Source: Eledone cirrhosa (lineage: Eukaryota). Taken from it: a stretch of 64,000 nucleotides of DNA. The stretch is from NCBI GenBank assembly GCA_964016885.1, contig OZ024743.1, positions 130,014,001 through 130,078,000 on the forward strand. The letters run 5' to 3'. Below the pieces are notes generated by a model, which did not search any database, had not been told where the DNA came from, and saw only the letters and a list, made by a program, of their open reading frames with translations. Of this stretch, positions 46,601 to 58,900 are shown piece after piece. The stretch's first letter is position 1; each line of letters begins with the position of its first letter. Both the position numbers and the translations under genes were made by a program.

Positions 46601-49161
46601 TGGGGTTTGGTGTTTGGTGCTTGGTGCTTGGTGTTTGGTGCTAGGTGCTTGGTGTTTGGTCTTTGGTGCTTGGTGTTTGGTGCTTGGTGCTTGGTGTTTG
46701 GTGTTTGGTGCTTGGTGCCTGGTGCTTGTTGTTTGGTGATTGGTGCTTGGTGCATGGTGTTTGCTGTTTGGTGTTTGGTGCTTGGTGCTTGGTGTTTGGT
46801 CTTTGGTGCTTGGTGCTTGGTGTTTGGTGCTTGGTACTTGGTGTTTGGTGTTTGGTGCTTGGTGCCTAGTGCTTGGTGTTTGGTGCTTGGTGCTTGGTGT
46901 TTGGTGTTTGGTGCTTGGTGTCTGGTGTTTGGTGCTTGGTTTTGGTGTTTGGTGCTTGGTGCTTGGTGTTTGGTGTTTGGTGCTTGGTGCTTGGTGTTTG
47001 CTGTTTGCTGTTTGGTGTTTGCTGTTTGCTGTTAGGTGTCTGTTTTTGGTGTTTGGTGTTTGCTGTATGGTGTTTGATGTTTCGTGTTTGCTGTTTGGTG
47101 TTTGGTGCTTGGTGCTTGGTGTTTGGTGCTTGGTGCTTGGTGCTTGGTGTTTGGTGTTTGGTCCTTGGTGCTTGGTGCTTCGTGTTTGTTGTTTGGTGCT
47201 TGGTGCTTGGGGCTTGGTGTTTGGTGCTTGGTAATTGGTGCTTGGTGTTTGGTGCTTGGTGCTTGGTGTTTGGTGTTTGGTGTTTGGTGCTTGGTGTTTG
47301 GTGCTTGGTGCTTGGTGCTGGGTGGTTGGTGTTTGGTGCTTGGTGCTTGGTGTTTGGTGCTTGGTGCTTGGTGTTTGGTGCTTGGTGCTTGGTCTTTGGT
47401 GCTTGGTGTTTGGTGCTTGGTGCTTGGTGCTTGGTGCTTGGTGCTTGGTGATTAGTGTTTGGTGCTTGGTGCTTGGGGTTTGGTGTTTGGTGCTTGGTGC
47501 TTGGTGTTTGGTGCTTGGTGTTTGGTGTTTGGTGCTTGGTGCTTGGTGTTTGGTGTTTGGTGCTTGGTGCTTGGTGCTTGTTGTTTGGTGATTGGTGCTT
47601 GGTGCTTGGTGTTTGCCGTTTGGTGTTTGCTGTTTCGTGTTTGGTGTTTGCTGTTTTGTATATGGTGTTTGCTGTTTGGTGTTTGGTCTTTGGTGCTTGG
47701 TGTTTGGTGCTTGGTGTTTGGTGCTTGGTGCTTGGTGTTTGGTGTTTGGTGTTTGGTGTTTGCTGTTTGGTCTTTGGTCTTTGGTCTTTGGTGCTTCGTG
47801 TTTGATGCTTGGTGTTTGGTGTTTGCTGCTTGGTGCTTGGTGTTTGGTGTTTGGTGTTTGGATCTTGGTGCTTGGTGCTTGTTGTTTGGTGATTGGTGCT
47901 TGGTGCTTGGTGTTTGGTGTTTGGTGTTTGGTGTTTGGTGCTTGGTGCTTGGTGTCTGGTGCTTGGAGTTTGGTGTTTGGTGCTTGGTGCTTGGTGCTTG
48001 GTGTTTGGTGTTTGGTGCTTGGTGCTTGGTGTTTGGTGCTTGGTGCTTGGTGTTTGGTGCTGCGTGCTTCGTGTTTGGTGCTTCGTGCTGGGTGCTTGGT
48101 GCTTGGTGTTTGGTGTTTGGATCTTGGTGCTTGGTGCTTGTTGTTTGGTGATTGGTGCTTGGTGCTTGGTGTTTGGTGTTTGGTGTTTGGTGTTTGGTGC
48201 TTGGTGCTTGGTGTCTGGTGCTTGGAGTTTGGTGTTTGGTGCTTGGTGCTTGGTGCTTGGTGTTTGGTGTTTGATGCTTGGTGCTTGGTGCTTGGTGTTT
48301 GGTGTTTGGTGCTTGTTGCTTGGTGTTTGGTGTTTGATGCTTGGTGTTTGATGCTTGATGCTTGGTGCTTGGTGTTTGGTGCTTGGTGCTTGGTGCTTGG
48401 TGTTTGGTGCTTTGTGTTTGGTGCTTGGTTCTTGGTGTTTGGTGCTTGGTGTTTGGTGCTTGGTGCTTGGTGTTTGGTGTTTGGTGCTTGGTGCTTGGTG
48501 CTTGGTGCTTGGTGTTAGGTGTTAGGTGTTTGGTGCTTGGTGCTTGGTGCTTGGTGTTAGGTGTTAGGTGTTTGGTGCTTGGTGCTTGGTGTTTTGTGCT
48601 TGGTGCTTGGTGCTTGGTGTTTGGTGCTTGGTGCTTGGTGTTTGGTGCTTGGTGCCTGGTGCTTGGTGTTTGGTGCTTGGTGCTTGGTGTTTGGTGTTTG
48701 GTGCTTGGTGCTTGGTGTTAGGTGTTTGGTGCTTGGTGCATGGTGTTTGGTGTTTGGTCCTTGGTGCTTGGTGTTTGGTGCTTGGTGCTTGGTGCTTGTT
48801 GTTTGGTGCTTTCTGCTTGCTGCTTGGTGTTTGGTGCTTTATGCTTGGTGTTTGGTCCTTGGTGTTTGGTGTTTGGTGTTTGATGCTTGGTGTTTGATGC
48901 TTGGTGCTTGGTGCTTGGTGTTTGGTGCTTGGTGCTTGGTGTTTGTACTTGGTGCTTGGTGCTTGGTGCTTGGTGTTTGGTACTTGGTTCTTGGTGTTTG
49001 GTGTTTGGTGCTTGGTGTTTGGTGCTTGGTGCTTGGTGTTTGGTGTTTGGTGCTTGGTGTTTGGTGCTTGGTGCTTGGTGTTTGGTGCTTGGTGCTTGGT
49101 GTTTGGTGTTTGGTGTTTGGTGTTTGGTGCTTGGTGCTTGGTGTTTGGTGCTTGGTGCTTG
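38278..49161 (+). repeat. 5460-bp tandem higher-order duplication (about 38278-43737 and 43738-49161), overlapping the 4238-bp duplication; the second copy has a 48-bp deletion near 48380
   Basis: Offset 5460 (38297/43757, 40147/45607, 42433/47893) changes to 5412 (43149/48561, 43475/48887). The 48-bp loss = 7x7 - 1 and removes the TTGTAC 6-mer present at about 42930. Confidence 0.93.
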
Positions 49162-52100
49162 ATGCTGGGTGGTTGGTGTTTGGTGCTTGGTGTTTGGTGC
49201 TTGGTGCTTGGTGCTTGGTGTTTGGTGCTTGGTGCTTGGTGCTTGGTCTTTGGTGCTTGGTGTTTGGTGCTTGGTGCTTGGTGCTTGGTGTTTGGTGCTT
49301 GGTGCTTGGTGATTAGTGTTTGGTGCTTGGTGCTTGGTGTTTGGTGTTTGGTGCTTGGTGTTTGGTGCTTGGTACTTGGTGTTTGGTGCTTGGTGTTTGG
49401 TGTTTGCTGTTTGCTGTTTGGTGTTTGGTGTTTGGTGTTTGATGTTTGCTGTTTGGTGTCTGCTTTTTGGTGTTTTGTGTTTGCTGTATGGTGTTTGCTG
49501 TTTCGTGTTTGGTGTTTGCTGTTTGGTGTTTGGTCTATGGTGCTGGGTGTTTGGTGCTTGGTGCTTGGTGTTTGGTGTTTGGTGCTTGGTGCTTGGTGCT
49601 TGGTGTTTGGTGTTTGCTCCTTGGTGCCTGGTGCTTGTTGTTTGGTGATTGGTGCTTGGTGTTTGCTGTTTGCTGTTTGCTGTTTGCTGTTTGCTGTTTG
49701 GTGTTTGGTGCTTGGTGATTGGTGCTTGGTGTTTGGTGGTTGGTGCTTGGTGTTTGGTGCTTGGTGCTTGGTGTTTGATGTTTGGTGCTTGGTGCCTGGT
49801 GCTTGTTGTTTGGTACTTGGTGCTTGGTGTTTGGTGTTTGGTGTTTGGTGTTTGGTGCTTGGTGTTTGGTGTTTGGTGTTTGGTGCGTGGTGCTTGGTGT
49901 TTGGTATTTGGTGCTTGGTTCTTGGTGCTTGGTGTTTGATGTTTGGTGCTTGGTGTTTGGTGGTTGGTGCTTGGTGTTTGGTGCTTGGTGATTGGTGCTT
50001 GGTGTTTGGTGCTGGGTGCTTGGTGTTTGGTGCTTGGTGCATGGTGTTTGGTGCTTGGTGTTTGGTGTTTGGTGTTTGATGCTTGGTGTTCGATGCTTGG
50101 TGCTTGGTGCTTGGTGTTTGGTGCTTGGTGCTTGGTCTTTGGTTCTTGGTGCTTGGTGCTTGGTCCTTGGTGTTTGGTGTTTAGTGCTTGGTGCTTGGTG
50201 CTTGGTGTTTAGTGCTTGGTGCTTGGTGCATTGTGATTAGTGTTTGGTGCTTGGTGCTTGGGGTTTGGTGTTTGGTGCTTGGTGTTTGGTGTTTGGTGCT
50301 TGGAACTTGGTGTTTGGTGCTTGGTGTTTGCTGTTTGCTGTTTGGTGTCTGCTTTTTGGAGTTTGGTTTTTGCTCAATGGTGTTGGCTGTTTCATGTTTG
50401 GTGTTTGCTGTTTGGTGTTTGGTGTTTGCTGTTTGGTGTTTGGTCTTTGGTGCTTGGTGTTTGGTGCTTGGTGCTTGGTGTTAGGTGTTTGGTGCTTGGT
50501 GTTTGGTGTTTGGTCCATGGTGCTTGGTGTTTGGTGCTTGGTGCTTGGTGTTTGTTGTTTGGTGCTTTCTGCTTGCTGCTTCGTGATTGGTGCTTGGTAA
50601 TTGGTGCTTGGTGTTTGGTGTTTGGTGCTAGGTGCTTGGTATTTGGTGTTTGGTGCTTCGTGTTTGGTGTTTGGTGCTTGGTGCTTGGGGCTCTGTGTTT
50701 GGTGCTTCGTAATTGGTGCTTGGTATTTGGTGCTTGGTGCTTGGTGCTTGGTGTTTGGTGCTTGTTGCTTGGTGTTTGGTGTTTGGTGTTTGATGTTTGG
50801 TGTTTGATGCTAGGTGCTTGGTGCTTGGTGTTTGGTGCTTGGTGCTTGGTGTTTGTACTTGGTGCTTGGTGCTTGGTGTTTGGTGCTTGGTGTTTGGTGT
50901 TTGGTGCTTGGTGTTTGGTGTTTGGTGCTTGGTGTTTGGTGCTTGGTGCTTGGTGCTTGGTGTTAGGTGTTTGGTGCTTGGTGCTTGGTGTTTTGTGCTT
51001 GGTGCTTGGTGTTTGGTGCTTGGTGCTTGGTGCTTGGTGTTTGGTGTTTAGTGCTTGGTGTTTGGTGCTTGGTGCTTCGTGCTTGGTGTTAGGTGTGTGG
51101 TGCTTGGTGCTTGGTGTTTTATGCTTGGTGCTTGGTGTTTGGTGCTTGGTGCTTGGTGTTTGGTGCTTGGTGCCTGGTGCTTGGTGTTTGGTGCTTGGTG
51201 CTTGGTGTTTGGTGTTTGGTGCTTGGTGCTTGGTGTTAGGTGTTTGGTGCTTGGTGCTTGGTGTTTGGTGTTTGGTCTTTGGTGCTTGGTGTTTGGTGCT
51301 TTGTGCTTGGTGTTTGTTGTTTGGTGCTTTCTGCTTGCTGCTTGGAGTTTGGTGCTTGGTGCTTGGTGTTTGGTGCTTGTTGCTTGGTGTTTGGTGTTTG
51401 GTGTTTGATGCTTGGTGTTTGATGCTTGGTGCTTGGTGCTTGGTGTTTGGTGCTTGGTGCTTGGTGTTTGTACTTGGTGCTTGGTGCTTGGTGTTTGGTG
51501 CTTGGTACTTGGTTTTGGTGCTTGGTGTGTGGTGTTTGCTGTTTGCTGTTTGGTGTTTGGTGTTTGCTGTTTGGTGTCTGCTTTTTGGTGTTTGGTGTTT
51601 GCTGTATGGTTTTTGCTGTTTCGTGTTTGGTGTTTGCTGTTTGGTGTTTGGTGTTTGCTGTTTAGTGTTTGGTCTCTGGTGCTTGGTGTTTGGTGCTTGG
51701 TGCTTGGTGTTTGGTGTTTGGTCCTTGGTGCCTGGTGCTTGTTGTTTGGTGATTGGTGCTTGGTGTTTGCTGTTTGCTGTTTGGTGTTTGGTGTTTGCTG
51801 TTTGGTGTTTGGTGCTTGGTGCTTGGTGCTTGGTGTTTGGAGCTTGGTGCTTGGTGTTTGATGCTTGGTGCTTGGTGTTTGATGTTTGGTGCTTGGTGCC
51901 TGGTGCTTGTTGTTTGGTGCTTGGTGTTTGGTGTTTGGTGTTTGGTGTTTGGTGTTTGGTGTTTGGTGCTTGGTGCTTGGTGTTTGGTGTTTGGTGCTTG
52001 GTGCTTGGTGCTTGGTGTTTGGTGTTTGGTGCTGGGTGTTTGGTGCTTGGTGTTTGATGTTTGGTGCTTGGTGCCTGGTGCTTGGTGTTTGGTGGTTGGT

Positions 52101-55100
52101 GCTTGGTGTTTGGTGCTTGGTGATTGGTGCTTGGTGTTTGGTGCTGGGTGCTTGGTGTTTCGTGCTTGGTGTTTGGTGCTTGGTGTTTGGTGTTTGATGC
52201 TTGGTGTTCGATGCTTGGTGCTTGGTACTTGGTGTTTGGTGCTTGGTGCTTGGTCTTTGGTTCTTGGTGCTTGGTGCTTGGTGCTTGGTGCTTGGTGTTT
52301 AGTGCTTTGTGCTTGGTGCATTGTGCTTAGTGTTTGGTGCTTGGTGCTTGGGGTTTGGTGTTTGGTGCTTGGTGCTTGGTGTTTGGTGCTTGGAACTTGG
52401 TGTTTGGTGCTTGGTGTTTGCTGTTTGCTGTTTGCTGTTTAGTGTTTGGTGTTTGCTCTATGGTGTTTGCTGTTTCATGTTTAGTGTTTGCTGTTTGGTG
52501 TTTGGTGTTTGCTGTTTGGTGTTTGGTCTTTGGTGCTTGGTGTTTGGTGCTTGGTGCTTGGTGTTTGGTGTTTGGTGCTTGGTGCTTGGTGTTAGGTGTT
52601 TGGTGCTTGGTGCTTGGTGTTTGGTGTTTGGTGCTTGGTGTTTGGTGCTTGGTGCTTGGTGTTTGTACTTGGTGCTTGGTGCTTGGTGCTTGGTGTTTGG
52701 TACTTGGTTCTTGGTGTTTGGTGTTTGGTGCTTGGTGTTTGGTGCTTGGTGCTTGGTGTTTGGTGTTTGGTGCTTGGTGTTTGGTGCTTGGTGCTTGGTG
52801 TTTGGTGCTTGGTGCTTGGTGTTTGGTGTTTGGTGTTTGGTGTTTGGTGCTTGGTGCTTGGTGTTTGGTGCTTGGTGCTTGATGCTGGGTGGTTGGTGTT
52901 TGGTGCTTGGTGTTTGGTGCTTGGTGCTTGGTGCTTGGTGTTTGGTGCTTGGTGCTTGGTGCTTGGTCTTTGGTGCTTGGTGTTTGGTGCTTGGTGCTTG
53001 GTGCTTGGTGTTTGGTGCTTGGTGCTTGGTGATTAGTGTTTGGTGCTTGGTGCTTGGTGTTTGGTGTTTGGTGCTTGGTGTTTGGTGCTTGGTACTTGGT
53101 GTTTGGTGCTTGGTGTTTGGTGTTTGCTGTTTGCTGTTTGGTGTTTGGTGTTTGCTGTTTGCTGTTTGGTGTTTGGTGTTTGGTGTTTGATGTTTGCTGT
53201 TTGGTGTCTGCTTTTTGGTGTTTTGTGTTTGCTGTATGGTGTTTGCTGTTTCGAGTTTGGTGTTTGCTGTTTGGTGTTTGGTCTCTGGTGCTGGGTGTTT
53301 GGTGCTTGGTGCTTGGTGTTTGGTGTTTGGTGCTTGGTGCTTGGTGCTTGGTGTTTGGTGTTTGGTCCTTGGTGCCTGGTGCTTGTTGTTTGGTGATTGG
53401 TGCTTGGTGTTTGCTGTTTGCTGTTTGCTGTTTGCTGTTTGCTGTTTGGTGTTTGGTGCTTGGTGATTGGTGCTTGGTGTTTGGTGGTTGGTGCTTGGTG
53501 TTTGGTGCTTGGTGCTTGGTGTTTGATGTTTGGTGCTTGGTGCCTGGTGCTTGTTGTTTGGTACTTGGTGCTTGGTGTTTGGTGTTTGGTGTTTGGTGTT
53601 TGGTGCTTGGTGTTTGGTGTTTGGTGTTTGGTGCGTGGTGCTTGGTGTTTGGTATTTGGTGCTTGGTTCTTGGTGCTTGGTGTTTGATGTTTGGTGCTTG
53701 GTGTTTGGTGGTTGGTGCTTGGTGTTTGGTGCTTGGTGATTGGTGCTTGGTGTTTGGTGCTGGGTGCTTGGTGTTTGGTGCTTGGTGCATGGTGTTTGGT
53801 GCTTGGTGTTTGGTGTTTGGTGTTTGATGCTTGGTGTTCGATGCTTGGTGCTTGGTGCTTGGTGTTTGGTGCTTGGTGCTTGGTCTTTGGTTCTTGGTGC
53901 TTGGTGCTTGGTCCTTGGTGTTTGGTGTTTAGTGCTTGGTGCTTGGTGCTTGGTGTTTAGTGCTTGGTGCTTGGTGCATTGTGATTAGTGTTTGGTGCTT
54001 GGTGCTTGGGGTTTGGTGTTTGGTGCTTGGTGTTTGGTGTTTGGTGCTTGGAACTTGGTGTTTGGTGCTTGGTGTTTGCTGTTTGCTGTTTGGTGTCTGC
54101 TTTTTGGTGTTTGGTTTTTGCTCAATGGTGTTGGCTGTTTCATGTTTGGTGTTTGCTGTTTGGTGTTTGGTGTTTGCTGTTTGGTGTTTGGTCTTTGGTG
54201 CTGGGTGTTTGGTGCTTGGTGCTTGGTGTTAGGTGTTTGGTGCTTGGTGTTTGGTGTTTGGTCCATGGTGCTTGGTGTTTGGTGCTTGGTGCTTGGTGTT
54301 TGTTGTTTGGTGCTTTCTGCTTGCTGCTTCGTGTTTGGTGCTTGGTGATTGGTGCTTGGTGTTTGGTGTTTGGTGCTAGGTGCTTGGTATTTGGTGTTTG
54401 GTGCTTCGTGTTTGGTGTTTGGTGCTTGGTGCTTGGGGCTCTGTGTTTGGTGCTTCGTAATTGGTGCTTGGTATTTGGTGCTTGGTGCTTGGTGCTTGGT
54501 GTTTGGTGCTTGTTGCTTGGTGTTTGGTGTTTGGTGTTTGATGCTTGGTGTTTGATGCTAGGTGCTTGGTGCTTGGTGTTTGGTGCTTGGTGCTTGGTGT
54601 TTGTACTTGGTGCTTGGTGCTTGGTGTTTGGTGCTTGGTGTTTGGTGCTTGGTGCTTGGTGTTTGGTGTTTGGTGCTTGGTGTTTGGTGCTTGGTGCTTG
54701 GTGCTTGGTGTTAGGTGTTTGGTGCTTGGTGCTTGGTGTTTTGTGCTTGGTGCTTGGTGTTTGGTGCTTGGTGCTTGGTGCTTGGTGTTTGGTGTTTAGT
54801 GCTTGGTGTTTGGTGCTTGGTGCTTGGTGCTTGGTCTTAGGTGTGTGGTGCTTGGTGCTTGGTGTTTTATGCTTGGTGCTTGGTGTTTGGTGCTTGGTTC
54901 TTGGTGTTTGGTGCTTGGTGCCTGGTGCTTGGTGTTTGGTGCTTGGTGCTTGGTGTTTGGTGTTTGGTGCTTGGTGCTTGGTGTTAGGTGTTTGGTGCTT
55001 GGTGCTTGGTGTTTGGTGTTTGGTCTTTGGTGCTTGGTGTTTGGTGCTTTGTGCTTGGTGTTTGTTGTTTGGTGCTTTCTGCTTGCTGCTTGGAGTTTGG

Positions 55101-55900
55101 TGCTTGGTGCTTGGTGTTTGGTGCTTGTTGCTTGGTGTTTGGTGTTTGGTGTTTGATGCTTGGTGTTTGATGCTTGGTGCTTGGTGCTTGGTGTTTGGTG
55201 CTTGGTGCTTGGTGTTTGTACTTGGTGCTTGGTGCTTGGTGTTTGGTGCTTGGTACTTGGTTTTGGTGCTTGGTGTGTGGTGTTTGCTTTTTGGTGTTTG
55301 GTGTTTGCTGTATGGTTTTTGCTGTTTCGTGTTTGGTGTTTGCTGTTTGGTGTTTGGTGTTTGCTGTTTAGTGTTTGGTCTCTGGTGCTTGGTGTTTGGT
55401 GCTTGGTGCTTGGTGTTTGGTGTTTGGTCCTTGGTGCCTGGTGCTTGTTGTTTGGTGATTGGTGCTTGGTGTTTGCTGTTTGCTGTTTGGTGTTTGGTGT
55501 TTGCTGTTTGGTGTTTGGTGCTTGGTGCTTGGTGCTTGGTGTTTGGAGCTTGGTGCTTGGTGTTTGATGCTTGGTGCTTGGTGTTTGATGTTTGGTGCTT
55601 GGTGCCTGGTGCTTGTTGTTTGGTGCTTGGTGCTTGGTGTTTGGTGTTTGGTGTTTGGTGTTTGGTGTTTGGTGCTTGGTGCTTGGTGTTTGGTGTTTGG
55701 TGCTGGGTGCTTGGTGCTTGGTGTTTGGTGGTTGGTGCTTGGTGTTTGGTGCTTGGTGATTGGTGCTTGGTGTTTGGTGCTGGGTGCTTGGTGTTTCGTG
55801 CTTGGTGTTTGGTGCTTGGTGTTTGGTGTTTGATGCTTGGTGTTCGATGCTTGGTGCTTGGTGCTTGGTGTTTGGTGCTTGGTGCTTGGTCTTTGGTTCT
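48915..55900 (+). repeat. About 3.7-kb tandem duplication (offset 3720, then 3748, then 3706)
   Basis: 49316/53036 = 3720. 49649/53397, 50240/53988 and 51412/55160 = 3748 (+28). 51753/55459 = 3706 (-42). Confidence 0.87.
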
Positions 55901-58900
55901 TGGTGCTTGGTGCTTGGTCCTTGGTGTTTGGTGTTTAGTGCTTGGTGCTTGGTGCTTGGTGTTTAGTGCTTGGTGCTTGGTGCATTGTGATTAGTGTTTG
56001 GTGCTTGGTGCTTGGGGTTTGGTGTTTGGTGCTTGGTGTTTGGTGTTTGGTGCTTGGAACTTGGTGTTTGGTGCTTGGTGTTTGCTGTTTGCTGTTTGGT
56101 GTCTGCTTTTTGGTGTTTGGTTTTTGCTCAATGGTGTTGGCTGTTTCATGTTTGGTGTTTGCTGTTTGGTGTTTGGTGTTTGCTGTTTGGTGTTTGGTCT
56201 TTGGTGCTTGGTGTTTGGTGCTTGGTGCTTGGTGTTAGGTGTTTGGTGCTTGGTGTTTGGTGTTTGGTCCATGGTGCTTGGTGTTTGGTGCTTGGTGCTT
56301 GGTGTTTGTTGTTTGGTGCTTTCTGCTTGCTGCTTCGTGTTTGGTGCTTGGTGCTTGGTGCTTGGTGTTTGGTGCTTGGTGCTTGGTGCTTGGTCTTTGG
56401 TGCTTGGTGTTTGGTGCTTGGTGCTTGGTGCTTGGTGTTTGGTGCTTGGTGCTTGGTGATTAGTGTTTGGTGCTTGGTGCTTGGTGTTTGGTGTTTGGTG
56501 CTTGGTGTTTGGTGCTTGGTACTTGGTGTTTGGTGCTTGGTGTTTGGTGTTTGCTGTTTGCTGTTTGGTGTTTGGTGTTTGGTGTTTGATGTTTGCTGTT
56601 TGGTGTCTGCTTTTTGGTGTTTTGTGTTTGCTGTATGGTGTTTGCTGTTTCGAGTTTGGTGTTTGCTGTTTGGTGTTTGGTCTCTGGTGCTGGGTGTTTG
56701 GTGCTTGGTGCTTGGTGTTTGGTGTTTGGTGCTTGGTGCTTGGTGCTTGGTGTTTGGTGTTTGGTCCTTGGTGCCTGGTGCTTGTTGTTTGGTGATTGGT
56801 GCTTGGTGTTTGCTGTTTGCTGTTTGCTGTTTGCTGTTTGCTGTTTGGTGTTTGGTGCTTGGTGATTGGTGCTTGGTGTTTGGTGGTTGGTGCTTGGTGT
56901 TTGGTGCTTGGTGCTTGGTGTTTGATGTTTGGTGCTTGGTGCCTGGTGCTTGTTGTTTGGTACTTGGTGCTTGGTGTTTGGTGTTTGGTGTTTGGTGTTT
57001 GGTGCTTGGTGTTTGGTGTTTGGTGTTTGGTGCGTGGTGCTTGGTGTTTGGTATTTGGTGCTTGGTTCTTGGTGCTTGGTGTTTGATGTTTGGTGCTTGG
57101 TGTTTGGTGGTTGGTGCTTGGTGTTTGGTGCTTGGTGATTGGTGCTTGGTGTTTGGTGCTGGGTGCTTGGTGTTTGGTGCTTGGTGCATGGTGTTTGGTG
57201 CTTGGTGTTTGGTGTTTGGTGTTTGATGCTTGGTGTTCGATGCTTGGTGCTTGGTGCTTGGTGTTTGGTGCTTGGTGCTTGGTCTTTGGTTCTTGGTGCT
57301 TGGTGCTTGGTCCTTGGTGTTTGGTGTTTAGTGCTTGGTGCTTGGTGCTTGGTGTTTAGTGCTTGGTGCTTGGTGCATTGTGATTAGTGTTTGGTGCTTG
57401 GTGCTTGGGGTTTGGTGTTTGGTGCTTGGTGTTTGGTGTTTGGTGCTTGGAACTTGGTGTTTGGTGCTTGGTGTTTGCTGTTTGCTGTTTGGTGTCTGCT
57501 TTTTGGTGTTTGGTTTTTGCTCAATGGTGTTGGCTGTTTCATGTTTGGTGTTTGCTGTTTGGTGTTTGGTGTTTGCTGTTTGGTGTTTGGTCTTTGGTGC
57601 TGGGTGTTTGGTGCTTGGTGCTTGGTGTTAGGTGTTTGGTGCTTGGTGTTTGGTGTTTGGTCCATGGTGCTTGGTGTTTGGTGCTTGGTGCTTGGTGTTT
57701 GTTGTTTGGTGCTTTCTGCTTGCTGCTTCGTGTTTGGTGCTTGGTGATTGGTGCTTGGTGTTTGGTGTTTGGTGCTAGGTGCTTGGTATTTGGTGTTTGG
57801 TGCTTCGTGTTTGGTGTTTGGTGCTTGGTGCTTGGGGCTCTGTGTTTGGTGCTTCGTAATTGGTGCTTGGTATTTGGTGCTTGGTGCTTGGTGCTTGGTG
57901 TTTGGTGCTTGTTGCTTGGTGTTTGGTGTTTGGTGTTTGATGCTTGGTGTTTGATGCTAGGTGCTTGGTGCTTGGTGTTTGGTGCTTGGTGCTTGGTGTT
58001 TGTACTTGGTGCTTGGTGCTTGGTGTTTGGTGCTTGGTGTTTGGTGCTTGGTGCTTGGTGTTTGGTGTTTGGTGCTTGGTGTTTGGTGCTTGGTGCTTGG
58101 TGCTTGGTGTTAGGTGTTTGGTGCTTGGTGCTTGGTGTTTTGTGCTTGGTGTTTGGTGTTTGGTGCTTGGTGCTTGGTGCTTGGTGTTTGGTGTTTAGTG
58201 CTTGGTGTTTGGTGCTTGGTGCTTGGTGCTTGGTCTTAGGTGTGTGGTGCTTGGTGCTTGGTGTTTTATGCTTGGTGCTTGGTGTTTGGTGCTTGGTGCT
58301 TGGTGTTTGGTGCTTGGTGCCTGGTGCTTGGTGTTTGGTGCTTGGTGCTTGGTGTTTGGTGTTTGGTGCTTGGTGCTTGGTGTTAGGTGTTTGGTGCTTG
58401 GTGCTTGGTGTTTGGTGTTTGGTCTTTGGTGCTTGCTGTTTGGTGCTTTGTGCTTGGTGTTTGTTGTTTGGTGCTTTCTGCTTGCTGCTTGGAGTTTGGT
58501 GCTTGGTGCTTGGTGTTTGGTGTTGTTGCTTGGTGTTTGGTGTTTGGTGTTTGATGCTTGGTGTTTGATGCTTGGTGCTTGGTGCTTGGTGTTTGGTGCT
58601 TGGTGCTTGGTGTTTGTACTTGGTGCTTGGTGCTTGGTGTTTGGTGCTTGGTACTTGGTTTTGGTGCTTGGTGTGTGGTGTTTGCTTTTTGGTGTTTGGT
58701 GTTTGCTGTATGGTTTTTGCTGTTTCGTGTTTGGTGTTTGCTGTTTGGTGTTTGGTGTTTGCTGTTTAGTGTTTGGTCTCTGGTGCTTGGTGTTTGGTGC
58801 TTGGTGCTTGGTGTTTGGTGTTTGGTCCTTGGTGCCTGGTGCTTGTTGTTTGGTGATTGGTGCTTGGTGTTTGCTGTTTGCTGTTTGGTGTTTGGTGTTT

